Source: a virus (taxonomy: Duplodnaviria > Caudoviricetes). From it: a DNA stretch of 54,868 bases. Under the pieces are notes generated by a model. That model was not told where the DNA came from and searched no databases. It saw only the letters and a list, made by a program, of their open reading frames with translations. A program made the translations under genes and the position numbers. The stretch lies in IMG/VR virus record IMGVR_UViG_3300003324_000142, positions 1-54,868 of that record; one strand, 5' to 3'. Position 1 is the first letter of the stretch; each line of letters begins with the position of its first letter. This document shows, piece after piece, positions 18,526-26,653 of this stretch.

Positions 18526-19599
18526 ATGACCCTTGCCATCACCGCCACAGAATTGCCGCGGGTCATGCGCTGCATCGGCAGTCGCAACATGCCGGCGATG
18601 CTGCCGCCCGATTACGATCACGAAAAGCGAGATGAGGGCAATTGCGCCGATTGGCTCGCCGAACAGTGGTTCAACGGGCTCGCAGCCGATGTCGGCACAA
18701 AGGCGCCGAACGGCTATGTCGTGACGAGCGACATGGTGGAACACGTCAAGTCCTATCTCGAAGCGCTCGACTGCGGCGAGATGCAGGTCGAAACGACGTT
18801 CAGCGGTCCCGGTGGTGTGTGGGAAATCCGGGGTCGTGCGGACCATATCAAGCTGGCCGGCACGACCCTCACGATCGACGATCTGAAATACGGGTTCCGC
18901 ATCGTCGAGCCTGACGCCAACTGGACGCTGCTGGCGCACGCGATCGGCTATTGCATCCGGCACCAGGTCGCGCCGGATCGTATCGTCCTACGCATCCACC
19001 AGCCGCGCCCGTATCATAGCGACGGTCCGTTGCGTGAATGGTCATGCTCCTATGAGCAGTTGATGGGCTACTACCACCAGATCAACGACCGGCTCACCAA
19101 TCCGACCGACGAATTGACGACCGGGCTCGACTGGTGCGCCAAATGTCACGCGCTAGCCGGTTGTCCTGCGGCGCGCCGTGCCAGCATGAACGCGATCGAC
19201 GCCAGCATGATCGCGTTCAGCGAAGAATTGCCGAACGACGTGCTGGCGTTCGAACTGGAAACGCTCGAACAAGCGACCGGAATGATCAAGGCGCGTCAGG
19301 ACGCGGTGAGTGAACTGATGACGCACCGGATCAAATCGGGTCAGGTGATCGACGGTTACGCGCTGGAAACGCGCTACGGTCACACCAAATGGAAAACCGG
19401 CTACACGGGACGGATGTTGTCCGCACTGACCGGTGTTGATCTGACAGCCGATGGCGCGGTGACACCGGCAGAAGCAAAACGACGCGGCGTTACACCGGAA
19501 GCGTTGACAGCGATCACCGAACGTCCGATGATCGGCTCGAAACTCAAACGCATCGACCCGGATCGAGCGGCGCGCAAGATGTTTGGAGATCGGGCATGA
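18526..19599 (+). CDS. Cas4-like PD-(D/E)XK exonuclease (DUF2800-like)
   Basis: GRADHI...IDDLKYG, IHQPR, WCAKC...CPA. Confidence 0.8.
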   Translation: MTLAITATELPRVMRCIGSRNMPAMLPPDYDHEKRDEGNCADWLAEQWFNGLAADVGTKAPNGYVVTSDMVEHVKSYLEALDCGEMQVETTFSGPGGVWEIRGRADHIKLAGTTLTIDDLKYGFRIVEPDANWTLLAHAIGYCIRHQVAPDRIVLRIHQPRPYHSDGPLREWSCSYEQLMGYYHQINDRLTNPTDELTTGLDWCAKCHALAGCPAARRASMNAIDASMIAFSEELPNDVLAFELETLEQATGMIKARQDAVSELMTHRIKSGQVIDGYALETRYGHTKWKTGYTGRMLSALTGVDLTADGAVTPAEAKRRGVTPEALTAITERPMIGSKLKRIDPDRAARKMFGDRA

Positions 19600-19748
19600 A
19601 TTGGCTCCAACTCGCCGCGACGATCGGTGGTGTCGCGCTCGGTATCGGTATTATCGAACTGCGACGACAATGGTATTACAGGCGATACCAGCGTGATTTT
19701 GAACGTCACATTCAACAACTCAACAACGGAGACAACGACAATGCGTAA
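19596..19748 (+). CDS. small membrane protein (not in ORF track)
   Basis: ATGA overlap. Begins MNWLQLAATIGGVALGIGII. Confidence 0.4.
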   Translation: MNWLQLAATIGGVALGIGIIELRRQWYYRRYQRDFERHIQQLNNGDNDNA

Positions 19749-20706
19749 CCTACTCACCACGACGATGCTGACGGCTTATGCTGCTGGCGGCGACAACGGG
19801 ACGGAAATCACGACGCCGGTTGGCCGGATCGTGTGGGGTCACCCGTGCAAGCCTCGGGACAAGACGGACCAGCAGAACAACAAGATTCTGGATGCGAACG
19901 GTCAGCCGGTCCAGGAGGTTGCTTTCGGTCTGGCGATCCCCACGGCCGAATTTCAGCAGTACGTCTGGTCAGCGATGGCGGCTGAGATCGCGAAGGGCTA
20001 TCCCAACGGCGCACCCGGCAATTTCAGCTACAAGATGACGCAGGAACACGAGATCGATCGCAACGGCAAGCCATACGGCGAGCGCGAGGGATACGCCGGC
20101 TGTGTGGTCCTCGCCATCGCCACCACGCTCCAAGCGCCCAACGTGTTCAAGCTGGAAAACGGCGGCTATCGGCAGATGCAGCCCAACGAGATCAAGACGG
20201 GCGATTTCGTTCGCTGCGGCATCAATTTCAAGGTCAACGTCCCGACCAACCGCAGCCACACGCCGTCGATCTACGTCAACCCGCTGGCGATCGAGTTCAT
20301 CGGCTACGGCACCGAAATCAGCAGCGGGTTCCAGGCCGATCCGAACGCGCTGTTCGGCGGACAGCAGGTGGCCTTGCCGGCCGGCGCGAGCGCAACGCCG
20401 GTTGGTGGCGCCGCCCCGGCACAGATGCCCGGTATGGGCATGGGTGGCGGACAGCCGCAGCAGGGGATGCCGGGAAACGCTCAGGCCGGGATGCCCATTG
20501 CATCGCCGCAGGGTGCCCCGGCCCAACAGATGATGCCTGCCCAATCACCGGCTGCGGCCAGTGCCCCCAATGGGATGCAGCAGATGCCGCCGCCCGCGAC
20601 GGGGTTCGCTGAGGGACAGCCCCAGCAGGGGATGCCGGGAAACGCGCCGCAGCCCGCAATGCAGCCGCAGCCCGGACCCGGTGGAATGCCGCAGATGCCG
20701 CGGTAA
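19741..20706 (+). CDS. ssDNA-binding protein (DUF2815/gp2.5-like) with a Q/P/G/M-rich tail
   Basis: TPVGRIVWG, EGYAGC, IKTGDFVR, SIYVNP...EF.GYG. Lies between the exonuclease and the polymerase. Confidence 0.75.
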   Translation: MRNLLTTTMLTAYAAGGDNGTEITTPVGRIVWGHPCKPRDKTDQQNNKILDANGQPVQEVAFGLAIPTAEFQQYVWSAMAAEIAKGYPNGAPGNFSYKMTQEHEIDRNGKPYGEREGYAGCVVLAIATTLQAPNVFKLENGGYRQMQPNEIKTGDFVRCGINFKVNVPTNRSHTPSIYVNPLAIEFIGYGTEISSGFQADPNALFGGQQVALPAGASATPVGGAAPAQMPGMGMGGGQPQQGMPGNAQAGMPIASPQGAPAQQMMPAQSPAAASAPNGMQQMPPPATGFAEGQPQQGMPGNAPQPAMQPQPGPGGMPQMPR

Positions 20707-20713
20707 CACCGTG

Positions 20714-20862
20714 CCAGTGGTGCGGATCGGTTCGTGGGCAGGCTTGCCGATGGTCCGATCCGCGCGCCTGTCCTGAGATCGGGGATATTATCCCTTACTG
20801 AAATCGCGCGCCGTGGGAATTGGGCGCTGCCCACGCACAGGTTGCACGGCGCGCGATACTGG
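20714..20862 (+). ncRNA. putative structured RNA/DNA element
   Basis: Nested inverted repeats, including a perfect 13-bp stem 20803-15/20845-57. Confidence 0.4.
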
Positions 20863-20870
20863 AACAAGAA

Positions 20871-21449
20871 ATGCTACCTTTGCGTCGATGCAATACATGT
20901 GACTCTGACAAACCACTGGATGAATTTTACAACAATAAGTCGCGCAAAGACGGCAAATACACCAAATGTAAGGACTGTCAGAAGTCTTATCAAAGAAATC
21001 GTTACAAGCACGACCCCGAAGTAAGAAAGCAACACGCCGATTACGACAGGAAGCGCAGAACGCACGATCCGAAATTTGTCGAAGCGGTTCGACGGCGGTC
21101 TAGAAAATTTTACGGCTCTGTCAAAGGTCGCGCAAAAACCTTGTTTTCGGCTGCGTGCAGGCGTGATCCCGACGCAACAATAACTCTTGAATTTGTAGAA
21201 AATCGAATCGCAGAAGGGTTTTGCGAAGTTACAAAAATACCGTTCGATTTATCCAACGGCTATCAAATTCTCACAGGGTCTAAAAATAACCCTTTCGCGC
21301 CTTCACTCGATCGAAAGAACCCAAAAGTTGGTTACACTCCCGAAAACGTAAGAGTTGTGATTTGGCAATTCAACTGGATGAAAGGCGAACTGTCCGATAT
21401 TGAATTGAAATATTTTTGCCAAACGATTCTGAAAGCCCTAGAGCAATGA
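20871..21449 (+). CDS. His-Me finger (HNH-like) homing endonuclease
   Basis: CNTC...KPLDEFY...CKDC, CEVTKIPF...PSLDRKNP.VGYT.ENV...N.MK. Low GC. Confidence 0.75.
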   Translation: MLPLRRCNTCDSDKPLDEFYNNKSRKDGKYTKCKDCQKSYQRNRYKHDPEVRKQHADYDRKRRTHDPKFVEAVRRRSRKFYGSVKGRAKTLFSAACRRDPDATITLEFVENRIAEGFCEVTKIPFDLSNGYQILTGSKNNPFAPSLDRKNPKVGYTPENVRVVIWQFNWMKGELSDIELKYFCQTILKALEQ

Positions 21450-22930
21450 TCACTCTCGACAATGCGCAAGTATACGATGTCGAATGTTTCAGCAATCTGT
21501 TCATGTTGACCGCGATGTCGCTGAACCGGGACGATTGCAACGTTTGGGAGATCAGCGACTATCGGAACGACGCAGCCCAATTGATTCAGTGGTTCAATTG
21601 GTTGCAGCAGACGCAGACGCCGATGATCAGCTACAACGGCGAGCATTACGACTACCCGATGATACACATGCTGATGATGTCGGCGGGCCGAGCGTCCAAT
21701 GCGGACCTCTACGCCAAGTCGCAGGCGATCATCGGCAGCAACGATCGGTTCGGACACACGATCTGGCCGCGGGATCGCTTCGCGCCGCAGATCGACTTGC
21801 TCAAATTGCACCATTTCGACAACCAGGCCAAGCGCCAGTCGTTGAAAGGATTGCAGTTCAACATGCGCTCGCCGTCCGTGGTGGACGCGCCGATCCCGTT
21901 CGATCAACCGGTCCGAGCGGATCAGGTCGACACGGTGTTGCACTACAACAAGCACGACGTTCTCGAAACGAAGCGATTCGCCGGCTATAGCGCCGACGCG
22001 ATCAAATTCCGGCTCGGGCTCGTCGATCAGTTCGGTGTCGAATGCCTCTCGTGGAACGACACCAAGATCGGCGAGAAGATGCTCGAACAGCGTCTTGGCG
22101 ATGACGTGTGCTACGATCGGTCCAGCGGGCGCAAAGAGCGCCGTCAGACCATCCGGGACCGCATTGCCCTGCGCGACATCATCTTCCCGTACGTCCAGTT
22201 CCAGCACCCTGAATTTCAGCGCATCCACCAGTTCATGCTCAACCAGGTGTTGACGCCTGACGACATTGAAACCAGCGCCGTCGCTGATTTTGGGGGTGGT
22301 CGCAAAGCACAAGTGAGCGCCATCCGGACCAAGGGCGTGTTCACCGACCTCCACGCTGATGTCGGCGGACTCCGCTTCCATTTCGGCACTGGTGGCGTCC
22401 ATGCGTCCGTCGAGGCGCAACGGTTCATCGCGACTGACGAATGGTTGATCCGCGACATCGACGTGGCGGCGCTGTATCCGAGCCTCGCGATCGTCAACCG
22501 GCTCGCCCCGGCTCACCTTGGCGAAGCGTTCGTCGCCGAATACGCGAAAATCCCGGCCGAGCGGAAGCAGCACGCCAAGGGCACCTACATGAACGCCGCG
22601 CTCAAGCTGGCGGCGAACGGCGCGTGGGGAAAGTCCAACAGCATGTACAGCGTGTTCTACGATCCGCAGTACGCCATGACGATTCCGATTAACGGACAGT
22701 TACTTATCTGCATGTTGGTCGAATGGCTGTTGACGGTGCCGACTATATCACTCGTGCAATGCAATACGGATGGCGTCACGTATCGCATTCATCGCGACTA
22801 TCTGGCAGCGGCTCAAGCCATCGAGCGGCAATGGCAGGATTATACAGGGTTGACCCTTGAGGACGCATTCTACAGTCGGATGTGGATTCGGGATGTGAAC
22901 AATTATTTAGCGGAGTATATTGATGACTGA
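21446..22930 (+). CDS. family B DNA polymerase, N-terminal polypeptide (exonuclease + palm)
   Basis: YDVEC, YNGEHYD, DIDVAALYPS, KLAANGAWGK, QCNTDG. Ends RDVNNYLAEYIDD. Confidence 0.88.
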   Translation: MITLDNAQVYDVECFSNLFMLTAMSLNRDDCNVWEISDYRNDAAQLIQWFNWLQQTQTPMISYNGEHYDYPMIHMLMMSAGRASNADLYAKSQAIIGSNDRFGHTIWPRDRFAPQIDLLKLHHFDNQAKRQSLKGLQFNMRSPSVVDAPIPFDQPVRADQVDTVLHYNKHDVLETKRFAGYSADAIKFRLGLVDQFGVECLSWNDTKIGEKMLEQRLGDDVCYDRSSGRKERRQTIRDRIALRDIIFPYVQFQHPEFQRIHQFMLNQVLTPDDIETSAVADFGGGRKAQVSAIRTKGVFTDLHADVGGLRFHFGTGGVHASVEAQRFIATDEWLIRDIDVAALYPSLAIVNRLAPAHLGEAFVAEYAKIPAERKQHAKGTYMNAALKLAANGAWGKSNSMYSVFYDPQYAMTIPINGQLLICMLVEWLLTVPTISLVQCNTDGVTYRIHRDYLAAAQAIERQWQDYTGLTLEDAFYSRMWIRDVNNYLAEYIDD

Positions 22931-23495
22931 ATGTATGGTTTGCGGTGCTGAAATCGTCAGCAAAATACGAAAAGTCACCTGCTCGCAAGAGTGTTACGGA
23001 ATCTATGATAAAACACGAAAAGCTGCGTATAGAAACGCAAATAAAGAGAAATTGAGGTTATATAATAAACAATACAGAAAGAAAAATTTAGAAAAATGCA
23101 GAGCGAGTAGTTTACGCAGCCGTGATAAGTTTATGGCATCAATCGAACATCGTCCTGACAAAAGAATCGATCTTTTGATGCGGAGTTGTCGTCTAAGCGC
23201 TAAAAGGAAGAATATCGCATTTGAATTATCTTCCGCTGTCATAATGACGTTGATAAAATCTCAAAATGAGCAATGTGCGCTGACCGGGATCAGTTTTGAT
23301 TGGGGTTTTGGCGGCGAACATCGCGCCAATCCTTTTGCCCCATCGATAGATCGAAAAGATAGCAGAAAAGGTTACACATACGACAACATTCAGATCGTCT
23401 GTTATATTGTAAACTTGGGTAAAAATGAATACCCGATTGAATTATATGATCGGGTGTGTCGCGCCAGAGTAGGAATTTTAAATGGGGAAACTTAA
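22920..23495 (+). CDS. His-Me finger (HNH-like) homing endonuclease inserted in the polymerase gene
   Basis: CMVC...TCSQEC, CALTGISF...PSIDRKDS.KGYT.DNI...N.GK. Very low GC. Confidence 0.8.
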   Translation: MMTECMVCGAEIVSKIRKVTCSQECYGIYDKTRKAAYRNANKEKLRLYNKQYRKKNLEKCRASSLRSRDKFMASIEHRPDKRIDLLMRSCRLSAKRKNIAFELSSAVIMTLIKSQNEQCALTGISFDWGFGGEHRANPFAPSIDRKDSRKGYTYDNIQIVCYIVNLGKNEYPIELYDRVCRARVGILNGET

Positions 23496-24057
23496 ACAGA
23501 AAGGTGTATATCATTTTCCTGACCCGCTCGATTACGCCGCGAGTATCAGCACCATGTCACCACCGGGCTGGCATCGGGATTGGTCGGCGACTGTAGTTCA
23601 AGAATCTGCTGTCGCCGCTATGGTTCACAATGTGCCGCCTGAGACGTTTGTCCACGCTTGCACCAACCCATACGCATTCTGTCTCCGCGCCAAAGTGGAC
23701 CGGTCGAGCCGCCTGTATCTCGGGGATCGCGAGATGCAACGCACCACCCGCTACTATGTCGCTCGTCAAGGGTCCGAACTGATCAAAATCAGTCCACCGG
23801 CTGCTGGCGGTGTGATCGGACAATGGAAGCGAGCGAACGGTGTGACCAAGGCCGAATACGACCGCGTGATGACCGAAACCGGTGGTGCATGGGACGAGCG
23901 GGTCTGCACGAAGAACCAATCCAAATACACCGAACGACGTACCGCATTTCAGGCAGGTTATGCCATCGCCGAATGCAACGACGCTGCGTCGTTCCGGTTT
24001 GACAACCTGAATTACGATTGGTACATCGGTGAAGCACGAAAACTGATCATAGGATGA
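23482..24057 (+). CDS. family B DNA polymerase, C-terminal polypeptide (thumb region)
   Basis: Begins MGKLKQKGVY, the expected continuation after NNY. Ends LNYDWYIGEARKL. Own AGGA RBS. Confidence 0.8.
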   Translation: MGKLKQKGVYHFPDPLDYAASISTMSPPGWHRDWSATVVQESAVAAMVHNVPPETFVHACTNPYAFCLRAKVDRSSRLYLGDREMQRTTRYYVARQGSELIKISPPAAGGVIGQWKRANGVTKAEYDRVMTETGGAWDERVCTKNQSKYTERRTAFQAGYAIAECNDAASFRFDNLNYDWYIGEARKLIIG

Positions 24058-24239
24058 CCACAATGATCAACTGGACCAAATGCGCCTACTGCCGCGATGC
24101 CCCGATCGACGAAGCGATCCGACCGTATTGCTCGGTGCGGTGCATCACGGCGTCGGTTCGCTACAGAATAGTCGCGTGGTGCTTGATTGCGATCGGGCTT
24201 GCAGTATTCTGGTCGACGCTTCTGACGCTGATTATTTAG
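24054..24239 (+). CDS. small membrane protein with a Cys motif
   Basis: ATGA coupling, CAYC...YCSVRC, C-terminal TM helix. Confidence 0.5.
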   Translation: MTTMINWTKCAYCRDAPIDEAIRPYCSVRCITASVRYRIVAWCLIAIGLAVFWSTLLTLII

Positions 24240-24573
24240 CGTCCGGTCGAGCCGCATTGACCATATCCTCGCATGTCTGCACGATCTGCACGGTGTCGGC
24301 GGTCCGCCCGTTGGCCTTCTCGATCTGGCCGTCCTGAGCGACATACGCCGCAGCCCACGGAGCGATGATCGCCGCCTCGATCGCATCGGTCAGCGGTTTC
24401 CCGATCCAGGCGCTCGTATCGGTATTCGCGGGCACCGGCGTCGCAGCGACACCCTTGGTCCAATCGGACGGGATCAGCTTACTGCACGCGGCAGGCGGGG
24501 TCGTTATAATGGGCCGGCGATCCGCACACGCTGCGCACGACAGTAGCGCGCACATCAGCAGCAGTCTTGGCAT
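24232..24573 (-). CDS. o-spanin (lipoprotein)
   Basis: Lipobox-type signal LLSCAAC. AAGGA RBS. Overlaps the 3' end of the i-spanin gene. Confidence 0.7.
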   Translation of the reverse strand: MPRLLLMCALLSCAACADRRPIITTPPAACSKLIPSDWTKGVAATPVPANTDTSAWIGKPLTDAIEAAIIAPWAAAYVAQDGQIEKANGRTADTVQIVQTCEDMVNAARPDAK

Positions 24574-24844
24574 CGTTTATTCCTTTCGTCGCTTCCTCGA
24601 CAGACTGATCGATTGCATCTTCGGTTGCAACTCGATTCTCAAGCGTTCCGATAGCGGCATTGGCGGCGTTGGATACGGCTTCGCTGCTGCGGGACGTTTG
24701 TTCAATCTGAGCCTCCTTGTCCGGATCGGAACGGGTGCAGCGCCCAAGCAGGAATGCTGCACCGATGACGAACGCGACAATGAGCCCGCCGATCAGCCAG
24801 CGAGCCCCTGTGACGCCGAAACGAGCGGCAAGCCATGTCATCAT
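24479..24844 (-). CDS. i-spanin
   Basis: N-terminal TM, helical periplasmic region, C-terminal Cys pair. Follows the holin. Confidence 0.7.
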   Translation of the reverse strand: MMTWLAARFGVTGARWLIGGLIVAFVIGAAFLLGRCTRSDPDKEAQIEQTSRSSEAVSNAANAAIGTLENRVATEDAIDQSVEEATKGINDAKTAADVRATVVRSVCGSPAHYNDPACRVQ

Positions 24845-25242
24845 TGCGATATCTCCGCTGCTTTGTCCTGTGCTGCGTCTGCCACCTGTTGCGCTGCATC
24901 CTGACGGCTCACCTCGGCTTCGAGCCCATCCTTGCCACCCCGGAACTTGAATTGCCCTCCCACGACGCCGAGAACGGCCATGGCGGCGATCACGAACGCA
25001 TTCGTCAGGGCGTAGACGTAGCTGTTCTGTGCGATGGCCCCGATCTGAGTAGAGAGCAGCCCGACGCAGGCCCGCGCAATCTCGATCGAGCCATCGCCGG
25101 TCATCTGCTTGGCGCTGACCGCGGTTGCACAGAAATCCTTGCTGGCGAGGATGTTCGTATACCGCACCGACATGTAGGACATGAAGATGCCGAGCGCGGT
25201 GATGATCGATAGCGCGGCGTAGAAGGGGCGGCGGTTGGTCAT
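24841..25242 (-). CDS. putative holin
   Basis: 2-3 TM segments, located between the endolysin and spanins. Confidence 0.55.
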   Translation of the reverse strand: MTNRRPFYAALSIITALGIFMSYMSVRYTNILASKDFCATAVSAKQMTGDGSIEIARACVGLLSTQIGAIAQNSYVYALTNAFVIAAMAVLGVVGGQFKFRGGKDGLEAEVSRQDAAQQVADAAQDKAAEISQ

Positions 25243-25790
25243 GCCGCCATGATCCGCGCGAGCCACCCGTAGAGGAAGGTTTCGTTCGCCGCCCTCCCCT
25301 CCGCCAGAGACAGGTAGCGTTCGCCCTGCTCGGCATTGAGGAGCGCGAGCAGCCGCCGTTCGCCCTCCGCCGCGCGCTTGGCGAGATATGCCGTCAGCGC
25401 CGCGCGTGTGGCCGGACCAGCCTGCCCGTCAACGATCAGGTCGGCATAGTCGGTGCCATTGCGGTTGAGGCCATTCAACGCCCGTTGCAGGAACGTCGCG
25501 GCGACCTTCGGTCCCATGTTCACGCCGGTATCGATAAGCTCGCGCGCAACCGGCATGGAGATAGCGCCAATGGCCGTGAAGCCCGGCGCGTCGGCGTAGC
25601 GGCGGCGATACACCTCGATCGCGAAGGACCGGGGCATAGAGCGGATTGGGCCGTCGTAACCGTTCTGACGCGCGGTCGATATCGTTATGCCGAAGTTCGT
25701 CTCGCCGCCCGCATCGCGACTGTCGTTGACATAGCCGCCCTCGTTCGGGAGCACGACCTGTTCGATGATGTCGTCAATCGTCATCGTCAT
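25239..25790 (-). CDS. endolysin (GH108 + PG-binding domain)
   Basis: EGGYVND..D.GGETNFGIT, DTGVNMGP, LQRALN, DG..GPAT, FLYGW. Confidence 0.92.
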   Translation of the reverse strand: MTMTIDDIIEQVVLPNEGGYVNDSRDAGGETNFGITISTARQNGYDGPIRSMPRSFAIEVYRRRYADAPGFTAIGAISMPVARELIDTGVNMGPKVAATFLQRALNGLNRNGTDYADLIVDGQAGPATRAALTAYLAKRAAEGERRLLALLNAEQGERYLSLAEGRAANETFLYGWLARIMAA

Positions 25791-25919
25791 CCCCCATCAC
25801 CAGCCGCTTCGCGCTCGCCGCCGCCAAGGCCTCCGAAGCCCGAGGCAATCTTGATCGCCTCTTCGCTGAGATCGCTCGCCATCACCGCCGCCTCTGCGCT
25901 TGGTTGCGGAGATCAGACA

Positions 25920-26639
25920 TCAGATCGAGATGCCGAGATCGGCGTACAGGCCCTGTGCCGCCTGATAGGCTTGGTTGCGTTCGTCGGCGCTGAGAACCGC
26001 ATCCCAGGTCATCAGGCACGCCAGATCAAAGTTACCGATGTACGTGCCGCTGGCCCCACCGCCGCCGATCAGCATCGATCCCACGCCGACCGTTCGATCC
26101 AGCGCGTCCGCGTTCGCGTCCGTGTCAGCGCGGCCCGTCGTCATGTCATAGACGCCCGATCCGACCGCTCCCACTGTGCCGATGAGGCACCGCCACGGGA
26201 GAGGTGCGGTGGAGAAACCCGAGGGCGTCATCTGCGATTGGATCGAGGGGCCACCATAGGCACCCGCCATTTGAATGTTGTTTGAGGTAGCCGTCACAAC
26301 CAGCCGCGCTCCGAACCCGCCGCCGAGATTGTCGAGGATGGTGCAGGCGTCACCCGTAGTATGAAGCCGGACAAGCGCCAGCACGGTCATTTCCGCCGTG
26401 TCGGTCTGGCCCGTGTCGAAATACGCATTTCCGCCGTCGATCTCCGCGTAGGTGTCGTGAAACACCGGGGAGCCGATCACGTCGAGGGTCGCACCGCCAT
26501 GACGGCGATTGGCGCAACTTCGTGCCACATCCTGCCCAAAGAACCACGCGTTGGTGCAGTTCGCCGGTCGAGCCGGGCTGTAATAGAGATCTGGAACGAC
26601 CGAGAGGTCTGGTGTCGGTACGAGAAGTTTTCGTCCCAC
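25920..26639 (-). CDS. tail-associated beta-sandwich (ConA/LamG-like) protein
   Basis: GAGGG RBS. Beta-rich, ends WDAVLSADE, typical of LamG-like folds. Follows the fibre gene. Confidence 0.55.
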   Translation of the reverse strand: MGRKLLVPTPDLSVVPDLYYSPARPANCTNAWFFGQDVARSCANRRHGGATLDVIGSPVFHDTYAEIDGGNAYFDTGQTDTAEMTVLALVRLHTTGDACTILDNLGGGFGARLVVTATSNNIQMAGAYGGPSIQSQMTPSGFSTAPLPWRCLIGTVGAVGSGVYDMTTGRADTDANADALDRTVGVGSMLIGGGGASGTYIGNFDLACLMTWDAVLSADERNQAYQAAQGLYADLGISI

Positions 26640-26653
26640 GTTCTAGCCCTCCC

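Noticed and set aside
18526-19599. Cas4-like gene as part of a CRISPR-Cas system
   Set aside because: No array or other cas genes. It sits in the usual exonuclease-SSB-polymerase context.
20709-20800. tRNA gene
   Set aside because: No cloverleaf or T-loop consensus. No tRNA was recognised anywhere in the window.
22920-23495. Group I intron or ribosomal bypass in the polymerase gene
   Set aside because: No non-coding flanks for an intron core, and the downstream part has its own RBS and ATG.
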